DNA from: a virus
Taxonomy: Duplodnaviria; Caudoviricetes
Length of the DNA: 38,557 nucleotides
Reading direction: 5' to 3' (one strand)
Virus record (IMG/VR): IMGVR_UViG_3300011435_000030
Location: 1-38,557 of that record
A model generated the notes under the pieces. The model ran no database searches and was not told the origin of the DNA. It saw nothing but the letters and a program-made list of their open reading frames with translations. How positions within the stretch are numbered: the first letter of the stretch is position 1; each line of letters begins with the position of its first letter. Position numbers and translations under genes: made by a program. This document shows, piece by piece, positions 1 through 7,402 of the stretch.

Positions 1-51
1 ATCTCCCTGCTTCAAGAACTTGGACTCACGCATCTCGGAAACTTTGGGCAT
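1..51 (-). CDS. 5' end of phage protein running off the window (MPKVSEMRESKFLKQGD...), possibly ssDNA-binding/replication-region protein
   Basis: ATG at 51 with AGGAG RBS; S-K-F-L-K-x-x-D start resembles a common phage replication-region family (recalled, not searched). Confidence 0.5.
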   Translation of the reverse strand, partial: MPKVSEMRESKFLKQGD

Positions 52-131
52 CTCTTCTCTTCTCCTACTCAGTCGTCCTGTGATTCGGCCGGGGTCATCG
101 CCATCGCGGCCCCAGTAAGGTTCTAGTGCTC

Positions 132-350
132 TCACTTGCTCCGCTCGGTCAGCATCGCGTCGGCCAGTTCATAGGCAATCTTGGCGGCCCTGAGCTTCCC
201 GACATTGCCATAACCATCAGTGGTGAGATAGTCGGCCCACGTCTGGTTGCTGACCAGGGCTGCTACCGCCTTGGCCGCGAAGTAGTCCCGCAAACTAACT
301 GGCAATTCGAGCACGACTTGATCGCCACGCTTTGTGTCTTCCACTAGCAC
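132..350 (-). CDS. C-terminal part of conserved phage early protein (SLRDYFAAKA...AYELADAML family), apparently split from its N-terminus by an HNH insertion
   Basis: Family motifs LRDYFAAKA and AYxxADAML; the matching N-terminal NDGGPA motif is at the start of the upstream HNH ORF. Confidence 0.65.
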   Translation of the reverse strand: MLVEDTKRGDQVVLELPVSLRDYFAAKAVAALVSNQTWADYLTTDGYGNVGKLRAAKIAYELADAMLTERSK

Positions 351-801
351 ACCCCTTGCAGTAGGTCTTTCGGCCTAGCCATTTAGTAGTGTCCATCGAA
401 AACGCCGAGAGTGGCATCACGCGAAGGCAACCAGGGCACCGCCTCTGATCTGCCGGTATCGCGTAGAACTCGTCACCTTCGTGCGCAGCATGCCGCGTGT
501 TGCACGCTCGGCAAATAAGCCTATAGGCTCCAGACCTGTCGTGCTGGAGTGACATCACTGTAGATTCGCCGTCTTTAGCAAGCCAATTCATAACGCGCCC
601 GCACGGTGGACACACCATTCCATCAGGAATAAGCGTCTCAAATTGCTCGGTTGTAGGAACCGTTTTACCGTGACGCTTCGCACACGCGCGCATCGTTGCG
701 AACCGATAATGACGATGGCAATACTTCGCGTTGCCAAGCCGACGAAAGGCAGGCGAATTACAGTCGGCACGAGAGCACGCCGGCCCGCCGTCATTCGCCA
801 A
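295..801 (-). CDS. HNH/endonuclease VII-like Zn-finger endonuclease (probable homing endonuclease)
   Basis: CPPC...SLQHDRSGAYRLICRACN motif plus extra CxxC pairs; visibly lower GC than flanks; TTG start at 801 overlapping upstream gene end. Confidence 0.7.
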   Translation of the reverse strand: MANDGGPACSRADCNSPAFRRLGNAKYCHRHYRFATMRACAKRHGKTVPTTEQFETLIPDGMVCPPCGRVMNWLAKDGESTVMSLQHDRSGAYRLICRACNTRHAAHEGDEFYAIPADQRRCPGCLRVMPLSAFSMDTTKWLGRKTYCKGCASGRHKAWRSSRARIAS

Positions 802-1087
802 GGTAGCCAGCCTTTCGCAGCACATTGATCGCCCGCAGCTTCGGCACGTCCGACAGGTGCAGGTAGAGGCGCGGGTCGTAGCGATGCCACATCAGCACGA
901 GGTGATCGAACGCCGTCAGGCTGCGCTCGAGCCACGTCTGCTCAAGGTCCAACAGCCGCATGTCCCGCACGAGACACTGACGGCTCTCGGTGTCCGAGTA
1001 GACCCGCTGCTCGCGGGGGTCCCAGCCGGGACGGTCCATGTCGATCGACACGCGGCGCACCGCGTCGGTGATGCGATAGCCGCTCAC
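791..1087 (-). CDS. Hypothetical phage protein
   Basis: 98 aa ORF coupled to neighbours. Confidence 0.65.
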   Translation of the reverse strand: MSGYRITDAVRRVSIDMDRPGWDPREQRVYSDTESRQCLVRDMRLLDLEQTWLERSLTAFDHLVLMWHRYDPRLYLHLSDVPKLRAINVLRKAGYLGE

Positions 1088-1323
1088 GACTCACGCTCCA
1101 AGTCGCGCAGGTCGGCCCACAGACCCGTGATCGTCTCTATCAGCAACTCGCGCTGCTCCATCGACAGCAGGGCCGACACGCAGCCGAAGCGTTTCTGGCT
1201 GACCAGATCCGCCACGTCGAGAATGGCCTGCGTGTTGTCCGGCTCGGGCGGAATCCAGCCGCGCTGTTGCATGATGGCCCTCGGAATGTGTATAATTTCC
1301 ATCTCAGTGCCTCCTTGGGCCAC
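1084..1323 (-). CDS. Hypothetical phage protein
   Basis: 79 aa ORF; AGGAGG before internal Met suggests the start may be MEIIH. Confidence 0.6.
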   Translation of the reverse strand: MAQGGTEMEIIHIPRAIMQQRGWIPPEPDNTQAILDVADLVSQKRFGCVSALLSMEQRELLIETITGLWADLRDLERES

Positions 1324-1328
1324 CCCTG

Positions 1329-1643
1329 CTACTCACAGGTGGTGGCCCTTCGTCGTTCACGTTGAATCCGCTGGTAGTGCAACTCGATCATTCGCTCGAT
1401 CAACTCGGCCGGCATGTCGTCGCACATCTTGCCCTTGCCCATGCGCTTGGCCCCCTGCTGGCACCTCCAATCGCAATAGCGTTTGTTCCGATAGACCCGC
1501 AGCCCCAAGTCGGGGAACGTAGCGCCGCAGAACGTGCAATGCGTCGGCACCGGCTTGGCCTTGCCCTTCTGCCGCGCTCGGCTCGCACAGATGCCGCAGA
1601 AGTCCCCGCGACAGCGCCGGCCACAGGGGCAGTAGTTGGTCAC
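1329..1643 (-). CDS. Cys-rich zinc-finger protein
   Basis: GTGA-coupled start; CPCG..C, CGIC, CTFC...YCDWRC motifs. Confidence 0.65.
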   Translation of the reverse strand: MTNYCPCGRRCRGDFCGICASRARQKGKAKPVPTHCTFCGATFPDLGLRVYRNKRYCDWRCQQGAKRMGKGKMCDDMPAELIERMIELHYQRIQRERRRATTCE

Positions 1644-1786
1644 AGCAGAACCAGGCAGACACCAACCAGACCGACAAGCACCACAGCAATGACGTAGGGC
1701 CACACCTCGAAGTAGCCGTACTCGTCTGACCGTGTGTCTTCTGGGCTCAGTGGATTACGATCGCGTCCGAACGGCATCGCCGCCAT
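1640..1786 (-). CDS. Small membrane protein (C-terminal TM helix)
   Basis: TAATG coupling; ends VWPYVIAVVLVGLVGVCLVLL. Confidence 0.6.
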   Translation of the reverse strand: MAAMPFGRDRNPLSPEDTRSDEYGYFEVWPYVIAVVLVGLVGVCLVLL

Positions 1787-1926
1787 TACTCGTGTCTCTC
1801 CAGCAACCGCTTGAGCGCGCATTCCTCCATCATCAGGTCGCCGTGCTTGGCCGAACGGCAGAGCGCCCAGGTGAACGTGATGGCCGCGCCAAAGAGCACG
1901 GCGCCAGCAATGATGAGCATGTTCAT
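1786..1926 (-). CDS. Small membrane protein (N-terminal TM helix)
   Basis: MNMLIIAGAVLFGAAITFTWALC..., purine-rich RBS. Confidence 0.6.
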   Translation of the reverse strand: MNMLIIAGAVLFGAAITFTWALCRSAKHGDLMMEECALKRLLERHE

Positions 1927-1993
1927 GTCAGTCTCTCTTCGGTGAAGTGCCCCGATCCTTCCGTCGCGCTCGGGGCCAACGCTGCTTACCTGC

Positions 1994-2134
1994 TTACGGG
2001 CACTGGTCACACAGGAACGACCACCACGTCCCGCAGACGCCTTCGACCTTGCACCAGTCGATCGGCATCATCACCGCGAACGCCGATAACGCCGCCGCCG
2101 CCAACGCCGCACGAACCCAGGTCTTTGCCTTCAC
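1994..2134 (-). CDS. Small secreted Cys/Trp-rich peptide, 46 aa (not in ORF track)
   Basis: AAAGGAG RBS, GTG start; MKAKTWVRAALAAAALSAFAVMMPIDWCKVEGVCGTWWSFLCDQCP has a basic n-region, Ala/Leu h-region, AFA cleavage motif and 4 Cys. Confidence 0.7.
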   Translation of the reverse strand: MKAKTWVRAALAAAALSAFAVMMPIDWCKVEGVCGTWWSFLCDQCP

Positions 2135-2157
2135 GCACGCTCCTTTCGTTGGGGGGT

Positions 2158-2592
2158 TTACGCTGACAAACGCTGCACGATGCGGGCGAGGTTTTCGTTC
2201 TGCACCACAACCCCGCCGTTCGGTTCCGCGAACTCCCGTGCCAGTTCCAATTCAAATCGGTGCTGATACGGGCCGAAGTGGTAGCGGTCGAAGTGCATCG
2301 GCTCCTTGTTGTTCAACTGCCGGGAGAGCTGCGCGTAGTCCATCCTGGCGCGATAGGCCGCCTCTTTGATCGAGATCCCCGTGCGCGCCATCGCCCGAAC
2401 CACCTTCGCCACCAGTTCCCGCGACTCAGGCGTCGAGGCCCACGCCGCGCCGGCTCCAACCGCCACCAATAGCACCCACAGCGGGCCATACACCGCACGC
2501 AGCCGCGCGCAGACATACAGCGTCCCAAGAATCACCACCACCAACCCGAGGCAACCGACGCCGACCAAGAGGTAACGGAGAACGGTTTTCAT
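2158..2592 (-). CDS. Membrane-anchored HTH regulator (CII-like position)
   Basis: Two hydrophobic helices at N-terminus, then GISIKEAAYRARMDYAQLSRQLNN HTH; GGTGAGG RBS. Confidence 0.7.
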   Translation of the reverse strand: MKTVLRYLLVGVGCLGLVVVILGTLYVCARLRAVYGPLWVLLVAVGAGAAWASTPESRELVAKVVRAMARTGISIKEAAYRARMDYAQLSRQLNNKEPMHFDRYHFGPYQHRFELELAREFAEPNGGVVVQNENLARIVQRLSA

Positions 2593-2711
2593 ACAGACCT
2601 CACCTGCAAATAAATTGCGTATCGGTTTCCGTCTGACACGCGCAGACTCTCCCCATGACACGCCTACTGGTTGCCCCCGAAGGTTCGCGCCGCGGTCCCA
2701 CCGCGGACGTC

Positions 2712-2924
2712 ATGCTGCGACTGGAACCTCCCGTCCCCGGTCGCTTGCATCAGTTCCGGCCGCCAGCCGAGGGACCGGAACTGCCCCCCCTGTCGCAGAA
2801 GCCGGCGGTTGTCGATGGGCAGACGGCCGAACTGCTGGCCGCCATCAGCCGCGTGCGCTTCGCCACCGCGGCGCTGCGAGAGGCCCGCGCCGACCTCCTG
2901 CGCCTGATGCGGAAGTACCCGTGA
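2712..2924 (+). CDS. Possible small antisense-oriented protein in the early operon
   Basis: C-terminal amphipathic helix ELLAAISRVRFATAALREARADLLRLMRKYP; start uncertain (2655 or 2712). Confidence 0.35.
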   Translation: MLRLEPPVPGRLHQFRPPAEGPELPPLSQKPAVVDGQTAELLAAISRVRFATAALREARADLLRLMRKYP

Positions 2925-3016
2925 GGCCGCGTGAATCGTGTAATGTGGTCGAGGCGAACAGGTGTGGCCGAACGCGAAAACAGCGCGAGAAATTATGTAA
3001 CCTACGCCGTAGGCAT

Positions 3017-3044
3017 AGTTTACAGACCACTCATTATCAGACAC
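3017..3044 (-). other. dif-like XerC/XerD site 1 (degenerate XerD arm)
   Basis: - strand GTGTCTGATAA-TGAGTG-GTCTGTAAACT; 11-6-11 layout; XerC-type arm identical to the site at 32701-32728. Confidence 0.6.
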
Positions 3045-3094
3045 GCGCGGTTTTGCTGGCGATTCCGCGGCCATCGTTTCGGGCACCTGCCAGA

Positions 3095-3328
3095 TCATAC
3101 GGCTTCCTCGTATTCCGGCGGCCACTCCGCGATTGTCTCGATGGGGACGTGTGAGATTTTGGACAGTTTCAAGGCCAACGCCAGCGAACACCTGCGAGAT
3201 TTGCGGAGGACGTTACTCAGGTGCGACTCCGTACACCCCAACATCCTTGCCAATCTCGCGTTGTTCGTGCCGGTAGCGACCTGCCAGTCCTGAACAGACT
3301 GGAATGCGCGTCTGAAGTGTTTAGCCAT
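3095..3328 (-). CDS. cro: Cro-like XRE HTH regulator
   Basis: TNNARLARMLGCTESHLSNVLRKSRRCSLALALKLS HTH; divergent from the repressor. Confidence 0.8.
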   Translation of the reverse strand: MAKHFRRAFQSVQDWQVATGTNNARLARMLGCTESHLSNVLRKSRRCSLALALKLSKISHVPIETIAEWPPEYEEAV

Positions 3329-3361
3329 GCCTTGTTTGGGTTCTCCGTGAGTGCTGCGAAC

Positions 3362-3389
3362 ATACTACGCAAAATCAGAACGAAAGCAA
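3362..3389 (-). promoter_or_regulatory. Candidate sigma70 promoter for cro
   Basis: TTGCTT-16 bp-TAGTAT on - strand in AT-rich intergenic region. Confidence 0.45.
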
Positions 3390-3442
3390 GCATAATTCTT
3401 GAGGTTGTGTAGAAAACCCGCAAGTTGTTGACCGCAAAAGCG

Positions 3443-3485
3443 TTGGACTCTGACCTCAACTGGGGTATGTTTGCTGACAGCAAAC
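3443..3485 (+). promoter_or_regulatory. Candidate repressor promoter overlapped by a palindromic operator
   Basis: TTGGAC-17 bp-TATGTT; perfect 8-bp inverted repeat GTTTGCTG-A-CAGCAAAC at 3469-3485. Confidence 0.5.
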
Positions 3486-3500
3486 CGGACAGAGAGTCAC

Positions 3501-3959
3501 ATGGCACATCAGGACGCCGCAGCCCGCGTGCGACAGCGGATTAGAGACTGGCTGGAGAACGAAGGGCGCGGCGGAAAAAAGCGGCTGGCGGATGCCGTCA
3601 ACTCGCGCTATGGGCACACCAAGGGGGCGAGCTGGGTCACGGGGATCGTCAAGGGGCCGGACAATAAGGGCCAGGATCTCCGCTTGTCTAACCTCGATGA
3701 CGTTGCGGAGGTCATGGGCATCGCGCCGGGTGATCTGGTCCGGCACCCCGACAAGCACTGCATCGAAGTCACGGAGACGGAATTCCGCATTCTTCAATAC
3801 ATACGGGCGATGCCCGATACGATCCGCGCCGGGTACGTCAACTGGCTCGATTACCTGTTCAAGTTCAAGCGGGACGCGATGGCCGAGCAGGCCAAGGAAC
3901 GGGACCACCGCACGAGGCGCGCCCGACGACACGAGAGCAGCAACGCGCGGCCACACTGA
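3501..3959 (+). CDS. cI: CI-like phage repressor (XRE HTH, no S24 autopeptidase domain)
   Basis: HTH-like N-terminus (KKRLADAV...SWVTGIVKG...LRLSNLDDVAEVMGIAPGDLV), ETEFRILQYIRAMP helix, divergent from cro. Confidence 0.75.
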   Translation: MAHQDAAARVRQRIRDWLENEGRGGKKRLADAVNSRYGHTKGASWVTGIVKGPDNKGQDLRLSNLDDVAEVMGIAPGDLVRHPDKHCIEVTETEFRILQYIRAMPDTIRAGYVNWLDYLFKFKRDAMAEQAKERDHRTRRARRHESSNARPH

Positions 3960-4018
3960 CGGGCCAACCCACCTCACAAGCCGGGGCGGCTTGCGGTGCC
4001 CAGCGGGTCGGCCCGTCA
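3957..4018. terminator. Long stem-loop between convergent cI and late genes
   Basis: TGACGGGCCAACCC...GGGTCGGCCCGTCA outer stem with inner CAAGCC/GGCTTG hairpin. Confidence 0.55.
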
Positions 4019-4024
4019 ACCTCG

Positions 4025-7000
4025 TTAGTGAACCACCGTCCCCAGTGAGTAAATCGTCACCGTCTCCTCGCCGGACGTGGCGTTCGTCACCAGCAGCTTG
4101 AACTTCCGCGTATTGGACTGCGCGATGGTCATGGTGCCGCTCAGGGTGACATCGGTCCCGGCCGTGACCGTGATCGTCTCGGCCGCGTCCGCGGTGTTCC
4201 GAATGTCGAACTCGATAACGTCCCCCACCTCGGCGCAGGGGATGGCCGCGACGAGCTGCGCCGCGGTCGGCGTCACGTCCGACCGGTTGCTGCCGGCCGG
4301 GTCACGCAGAATCAGCCCGCCGATCACCTCCGAGGCGCTGTAGGTCGAGACGCCTGCCGTGGCGATGGTGGTCACGGTGAGCCGTGGGCGGAACGCAATC
4401 GAGCGCCAGTCCACTGCGGGCGACGTGCTGAGCAACAGCTTGAGCACGGGCGACGAGCAGGACAAATCGCCCCACAGGTCAGACGTCCGTACCGGCTCGG
4501 CCGGGGTCGAGACCGATGGCTCCGTCGCGCGGCCAAACAGCACCCGATCATCCATGTTGAAGCGGTCGGGGCGATTCGTGTTGACCGGCAGCGGTGGGTC
4601 GTCCGGGTCCACAGGGGGGTCGTCCGGGTCCACTGGCGGGTCTTCGGGAGGAACGATCTGCGTCAGCGTCACGATATAGTCCCGAGAGGCCGCGCGATCG
4701 TCGTCATCCGTCAGAATGACCGTGATCGGATAGGTGCCGGCCTCCACTCCGACGCCTGTCAGCGTGGCAGACGTGGAATCCACAGAGGTGAACGTGAGCC
4801 CTGACGGCAGGGTGCCTGACGTGGTCCACACGCAGGGCGTCTCCACGCAGGTGCCAGCGAAGGTCGCTGATGGATACGTCGCGCCAACCGTGCTATCTGA
4901 CAGGACCGTGGGGCTCAGAATCTCAGGCGGCGCGGTGACGGTGACGGTGCCAGAATTGTCGCCGCCGAGCGCAATGTTCGTCAGGGCGGTAATCGTGGAG
5001 ATATTCGCGCCGATGTCCGTCCCGTCCGTCGCGGCGTTGTGATACGTGCTGGTGGACTTGAGCGCAAAGTTACCGGCCGCGAAATCGACAAACTCACCCG
5101 CGAGTACCGCCGTGGTCGGGGCGAACGTCTCCGTACACCCGCCGGGGTAGTTCGCGCACGTGACATTGGCGACGACGTTGTTCTGCCAGACCGACGTGCC
5201 GGTGGTGTGCATTGTCCAGCAACCAGTGGTCGTCGCGTTGGTGAAGTCGCCCTGGCCGCACGAGAGGGCGCCGGTCACGCCGTAATTGAGCTTGTACCCG
5301 ATATTGTCGCGCCAGACGAAGTTCTCGGCCGCCTGCTCCACGGTCTTGTAAAGGTCGAACCAGATCAGCGCGTTGCCGGTTGTCTGGAGAAAACTGTTGT
5401 GGGCAACAGTCACGTCCAACGGGCCATTGGAGGTCGTATTGTTCGGCCAGTAGGCATTGCTGCCGTAGGTCGTAATCAGCAGCAACCGCACGCTCTGGCC
5501 CCACGCTGTGCCGATGTCGTAGAACAGATTATTGCTGATGGTCAGATCCTTGAGCCGCGCCGTTTGGCCGCCGCGTCCCATGATCTGCATCCCGCCCGCG
5601 GCGTTGCGGACGATGTTGTTCGTGAAGTCGATCTCCCCGACGTAGGTCGAGTCGTTGCCGTTACCGGTGTTGGCCGGGGTAAACAGAATCGCGTAGCCGT
5701 CCTGACCGTCTTCCCACACACCGTCGAAGACGTTCCCGTTGACGGTGATCCGGCGCCCGTTCTTGATCTCGAAGATGTTCTTGACGAACCACGTTGTCCC
5801 GCTCGACGTCGGCACGGTGCCAGAGGTTCCAGACGCTCCAGTGTCAACTTTAGTCACGGTCGGCGCCGTGACGGTCCAGTAGATGTTCTGGCCGCCCGAA
5901 GACCTGCCGTAGACGCGGTAGTCCACGGCGTTCGTGACCGCCGCCCATGTAATCGACACCGAACCCGTCGATCCTGTCGTGGTCACGCACTGCTGCGCTG
6001 AGGCTCCCGACGTGGCGGTGCCGTTGACCGCGGCCGGGTGACGCGCCACGACGCGGTAGCAGTAGCTGCCGGCGGCCAGCGTGCCACCCGTGGTCGAGGC
6101 CACCACGGCCACCGACTGCGGCGTGCCCACGATGGCTGAGCGCCAGGCTGGTGGCTTGTAGAAGTGATTCTTCTCAACGGTGACGTCGGACGGGATGATC
6201 CCCCAATCCACGTCCGCGCCAACCGATGGCGTCGTGCTCAGGGCCGGTGTCACCGTGATCGCATTCGAGGTGCAAGCCGCCTCAGCCACCGCGGTCCCGC
6301 AGGTGGCGACGTAGACCTGTTCCTCGACGCCACCGGCATTCGCGACCGTGATGGGGAGGCCCACGAACAAGTCCGTGCGACCGGAGAGCGTGAACGATGA
6401 CGCGCTCGCGGCCGAGGCGACCGTGATGTCCGGGTGGCAGCAGCCGCCAGCGCCGCCGAAGATGACCCCCTCGGCGCCGCCCTCGATGTAGTTGTTGGTC
6501 AGCGTACCGCCGGACGAGAACGAATTGAAGTAAATCGCCTGCCCTTCGCTGGTGGCCTTGATGTCCTTGATGTAGTTGTTCGTGATGATCCAGTTGTTCA
6601 CGTGGACGCGCATCCCGCGGAACTGGCCGGATACCGGGTTGCCGTAGATGTACACCTGATTGACGGTGAAGTGCGCCGGGATGCGGGCGATGGAGTCCTG
6701 CTCTCCGGTGTTGTCGCTGTCACTCCCGAGTTGAATCAGTGCCTCGCCGCCGTACGTGTTTGACGTGAACGCCAGGTGCTTGAGCGTCCAGTAGCCGCTG
6801 CTCCCGATGTCGCTGGCCGTGCGAATCGCAGGCGTGTTGTTCGTTTTCGCGCGCAGGATAGCCAGGTTGCTGCTCGTCGCGAGTGCCGGCGTCATGCGAA
6901 TGTCAGCGGCCGGGAACTGCGAGCTTGAGATGAGCGAGCCAGTTGACGTCACGCCCGTGCGAATCGTGACCATCGACGCACCCGTGTGCGCCGGCAGGAC

Positions 7001-7195
7001 CAGCGCGACGTCCGTAGTCGTGCCCTCTTGCAGCAGAATCGAGTCGCCGCCGACACTGGCGTTGATCGCCGTCGTCAGATTGGCTTCGGTGAGCGTATAC
7101 GTGCAACCAGACGCGCAGAGCGTGCGAACCGTCTGAGCCTGAGCCAGCGCCGGCACCAGTGCCAGCAGGAGAACCAGTAGTGATTTACGACCCAT
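4025..7195 (-). CDS. Large signal-peptide-bearing parallel beta-helix (pectin lyase-like) protein with FN3/Ig-like modules; putative depolymerase/adhesin
   Basis: MGRKSLLVLLLALVPALAQA signal; beta-helix Asn ladders (ITNNYI, VEKNHF, KNIFEIKNGRRITVNGNVF, FTNNIVRN); Ig-like GTLPSGLTF...GTYPITV; Pro/Asp linker. Confidence 0.8.
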   Translation of the reverse strand: MGRKSLLVLLLALVPALAQAQTVRTLCASGCTYTLTEANLTTAINASVGGDSILLQEGTTTDVALVLPAHTGASMVTIRTGVTSTGSLISSSQFPAADIRMTPALATSSNLAILRAKTNNTPAIRTASDIGSSGYWTLKHLAFTSNTYGGEALIQLGSDSDNTGEQDSIARIPAHFTVNQVYIYGNPVSGQFRGMRVHVNNWIITNNYIKDIKATSEGQAIYFNSFSSGGTLTNNYIEGGAEGVIFGGAGGCCHPDITVASAASASSFTLSGRTDLFVGLPITVANAGGVEEQVYVATCGTAVAEAACTSNAITVTPALSTTPSVGADVDWGIIPSDVTVEKNHFYKPPAWRSAIVGTPQSVAVVASTTGGTLAAGSYCYRVVARHPAAVNGTATSGASAQQCVTTTGSTGSVSITWAAVTNAVDYRVYGRSSGGQNIYWTVTAPTVTKVDTGASGTSGTVPTSSGTTWFVKNIFEIKNGRRITVNGNVFDGVWEDGQDGYAILFTPANTGNGNDSTYVGEIDFTNNIVRNAAGGMQIMGRGGQTARLKDLTISNNLFYDIGTAWGQSVRLLLITTYGSNAYWPNNTTSNGPLDVTVAHNSFLQTTGNALIWFDLYKTVEQAAENFVWRDNIGYKLNYGVTGALSCGQGDFTNATTTGCWTMHTTGTSVWQNNVVANVTCANYPGGCTETFAPTTAVLAGEFVDFAAGNFALKSTSTYHNAATDGTDIGANISTITALTNIALGGDNSGTVTVTAPPEILSPTVLSDSTVGATYPSATFAGTCVETPCVWTTSGTLPSGLTFTSVDSTSATLTGVGVEAGTYPITVILTDDDDRAASRDYIVTLTQIVPPEDPPVDPDDPPVDPDDPPLPVNTNRPDRFNMDDRVLFGRATEPSVSTPAEPVRTSDLWGDLSCSSPVLKLLLSTSPAVDWRSIAFRPRLTVTTIATAGVSTYSASEVIGGLILRDPAGSNRSDVTPTAAQLVAAIPCAEVGDVIEFDIRNTADAAETITVTAGTDVTLSGTMTIAQSNTRKFKLLVTNATSGEETVTIYSLGTVVH
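4596..4648. repeat. 21-bp tandem repeat encoding PPVDPDD linker
   Basis: gggtcgtccgggtccacwgg twice plus a partial third copy. Confidence 0.85.
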
Positions 7196-7400
7196 GAGTG
7201 ATAGACCCCGCATCTTTCCAAGTTTGTCCGTCGTCCCGTGATACTTCCCACCCGACTCGACTCCCGCCCCCAGGCACGGATGTCCACACCGGGCGCACCT
7301 TATACGACACACTGTCGCGCACGATCGTGATGGCGCCTTCAAACGACTGCGGCGCGATGAACTCCGTCGGTACATAGGCAAAGCGAGGATAGGAGGGCAT
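7185..7400 (-). CDS. Hypothetical protein (Asp-box-like SRDDGQTW motif)
   Basis: ATG 2 nt after upstream stop; overlaps next start. Confidence 0.65.
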   Translation of the reverse strand: MPSYPRFAYVPTEFIAPQSFEGAITIVRDSVSYKVRPVWTSVPGGGSRVGWEVSRDDGQTWKDAGSITHGS

Positions 7401-7402
7401 GG

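Noticed and set aside
69-104. Mini-ORF MAMTPAESQDD
   Set aside because: Too short, with no supporting RBS or motif
2976-3003. A third stand-alone dif site on the + strand
   Set aside because: XerD-like arm TTATGTAACCT is present but the sequence 6 bp upstream has no XerC-like arm; treated as part of the hairpin
7196-7381. N-terminal extension of the 1118-aa ORF in the track
   Set aside because: Overlaps a better coupled ORF (7185-7400); the signal peptide begins at Met 7195
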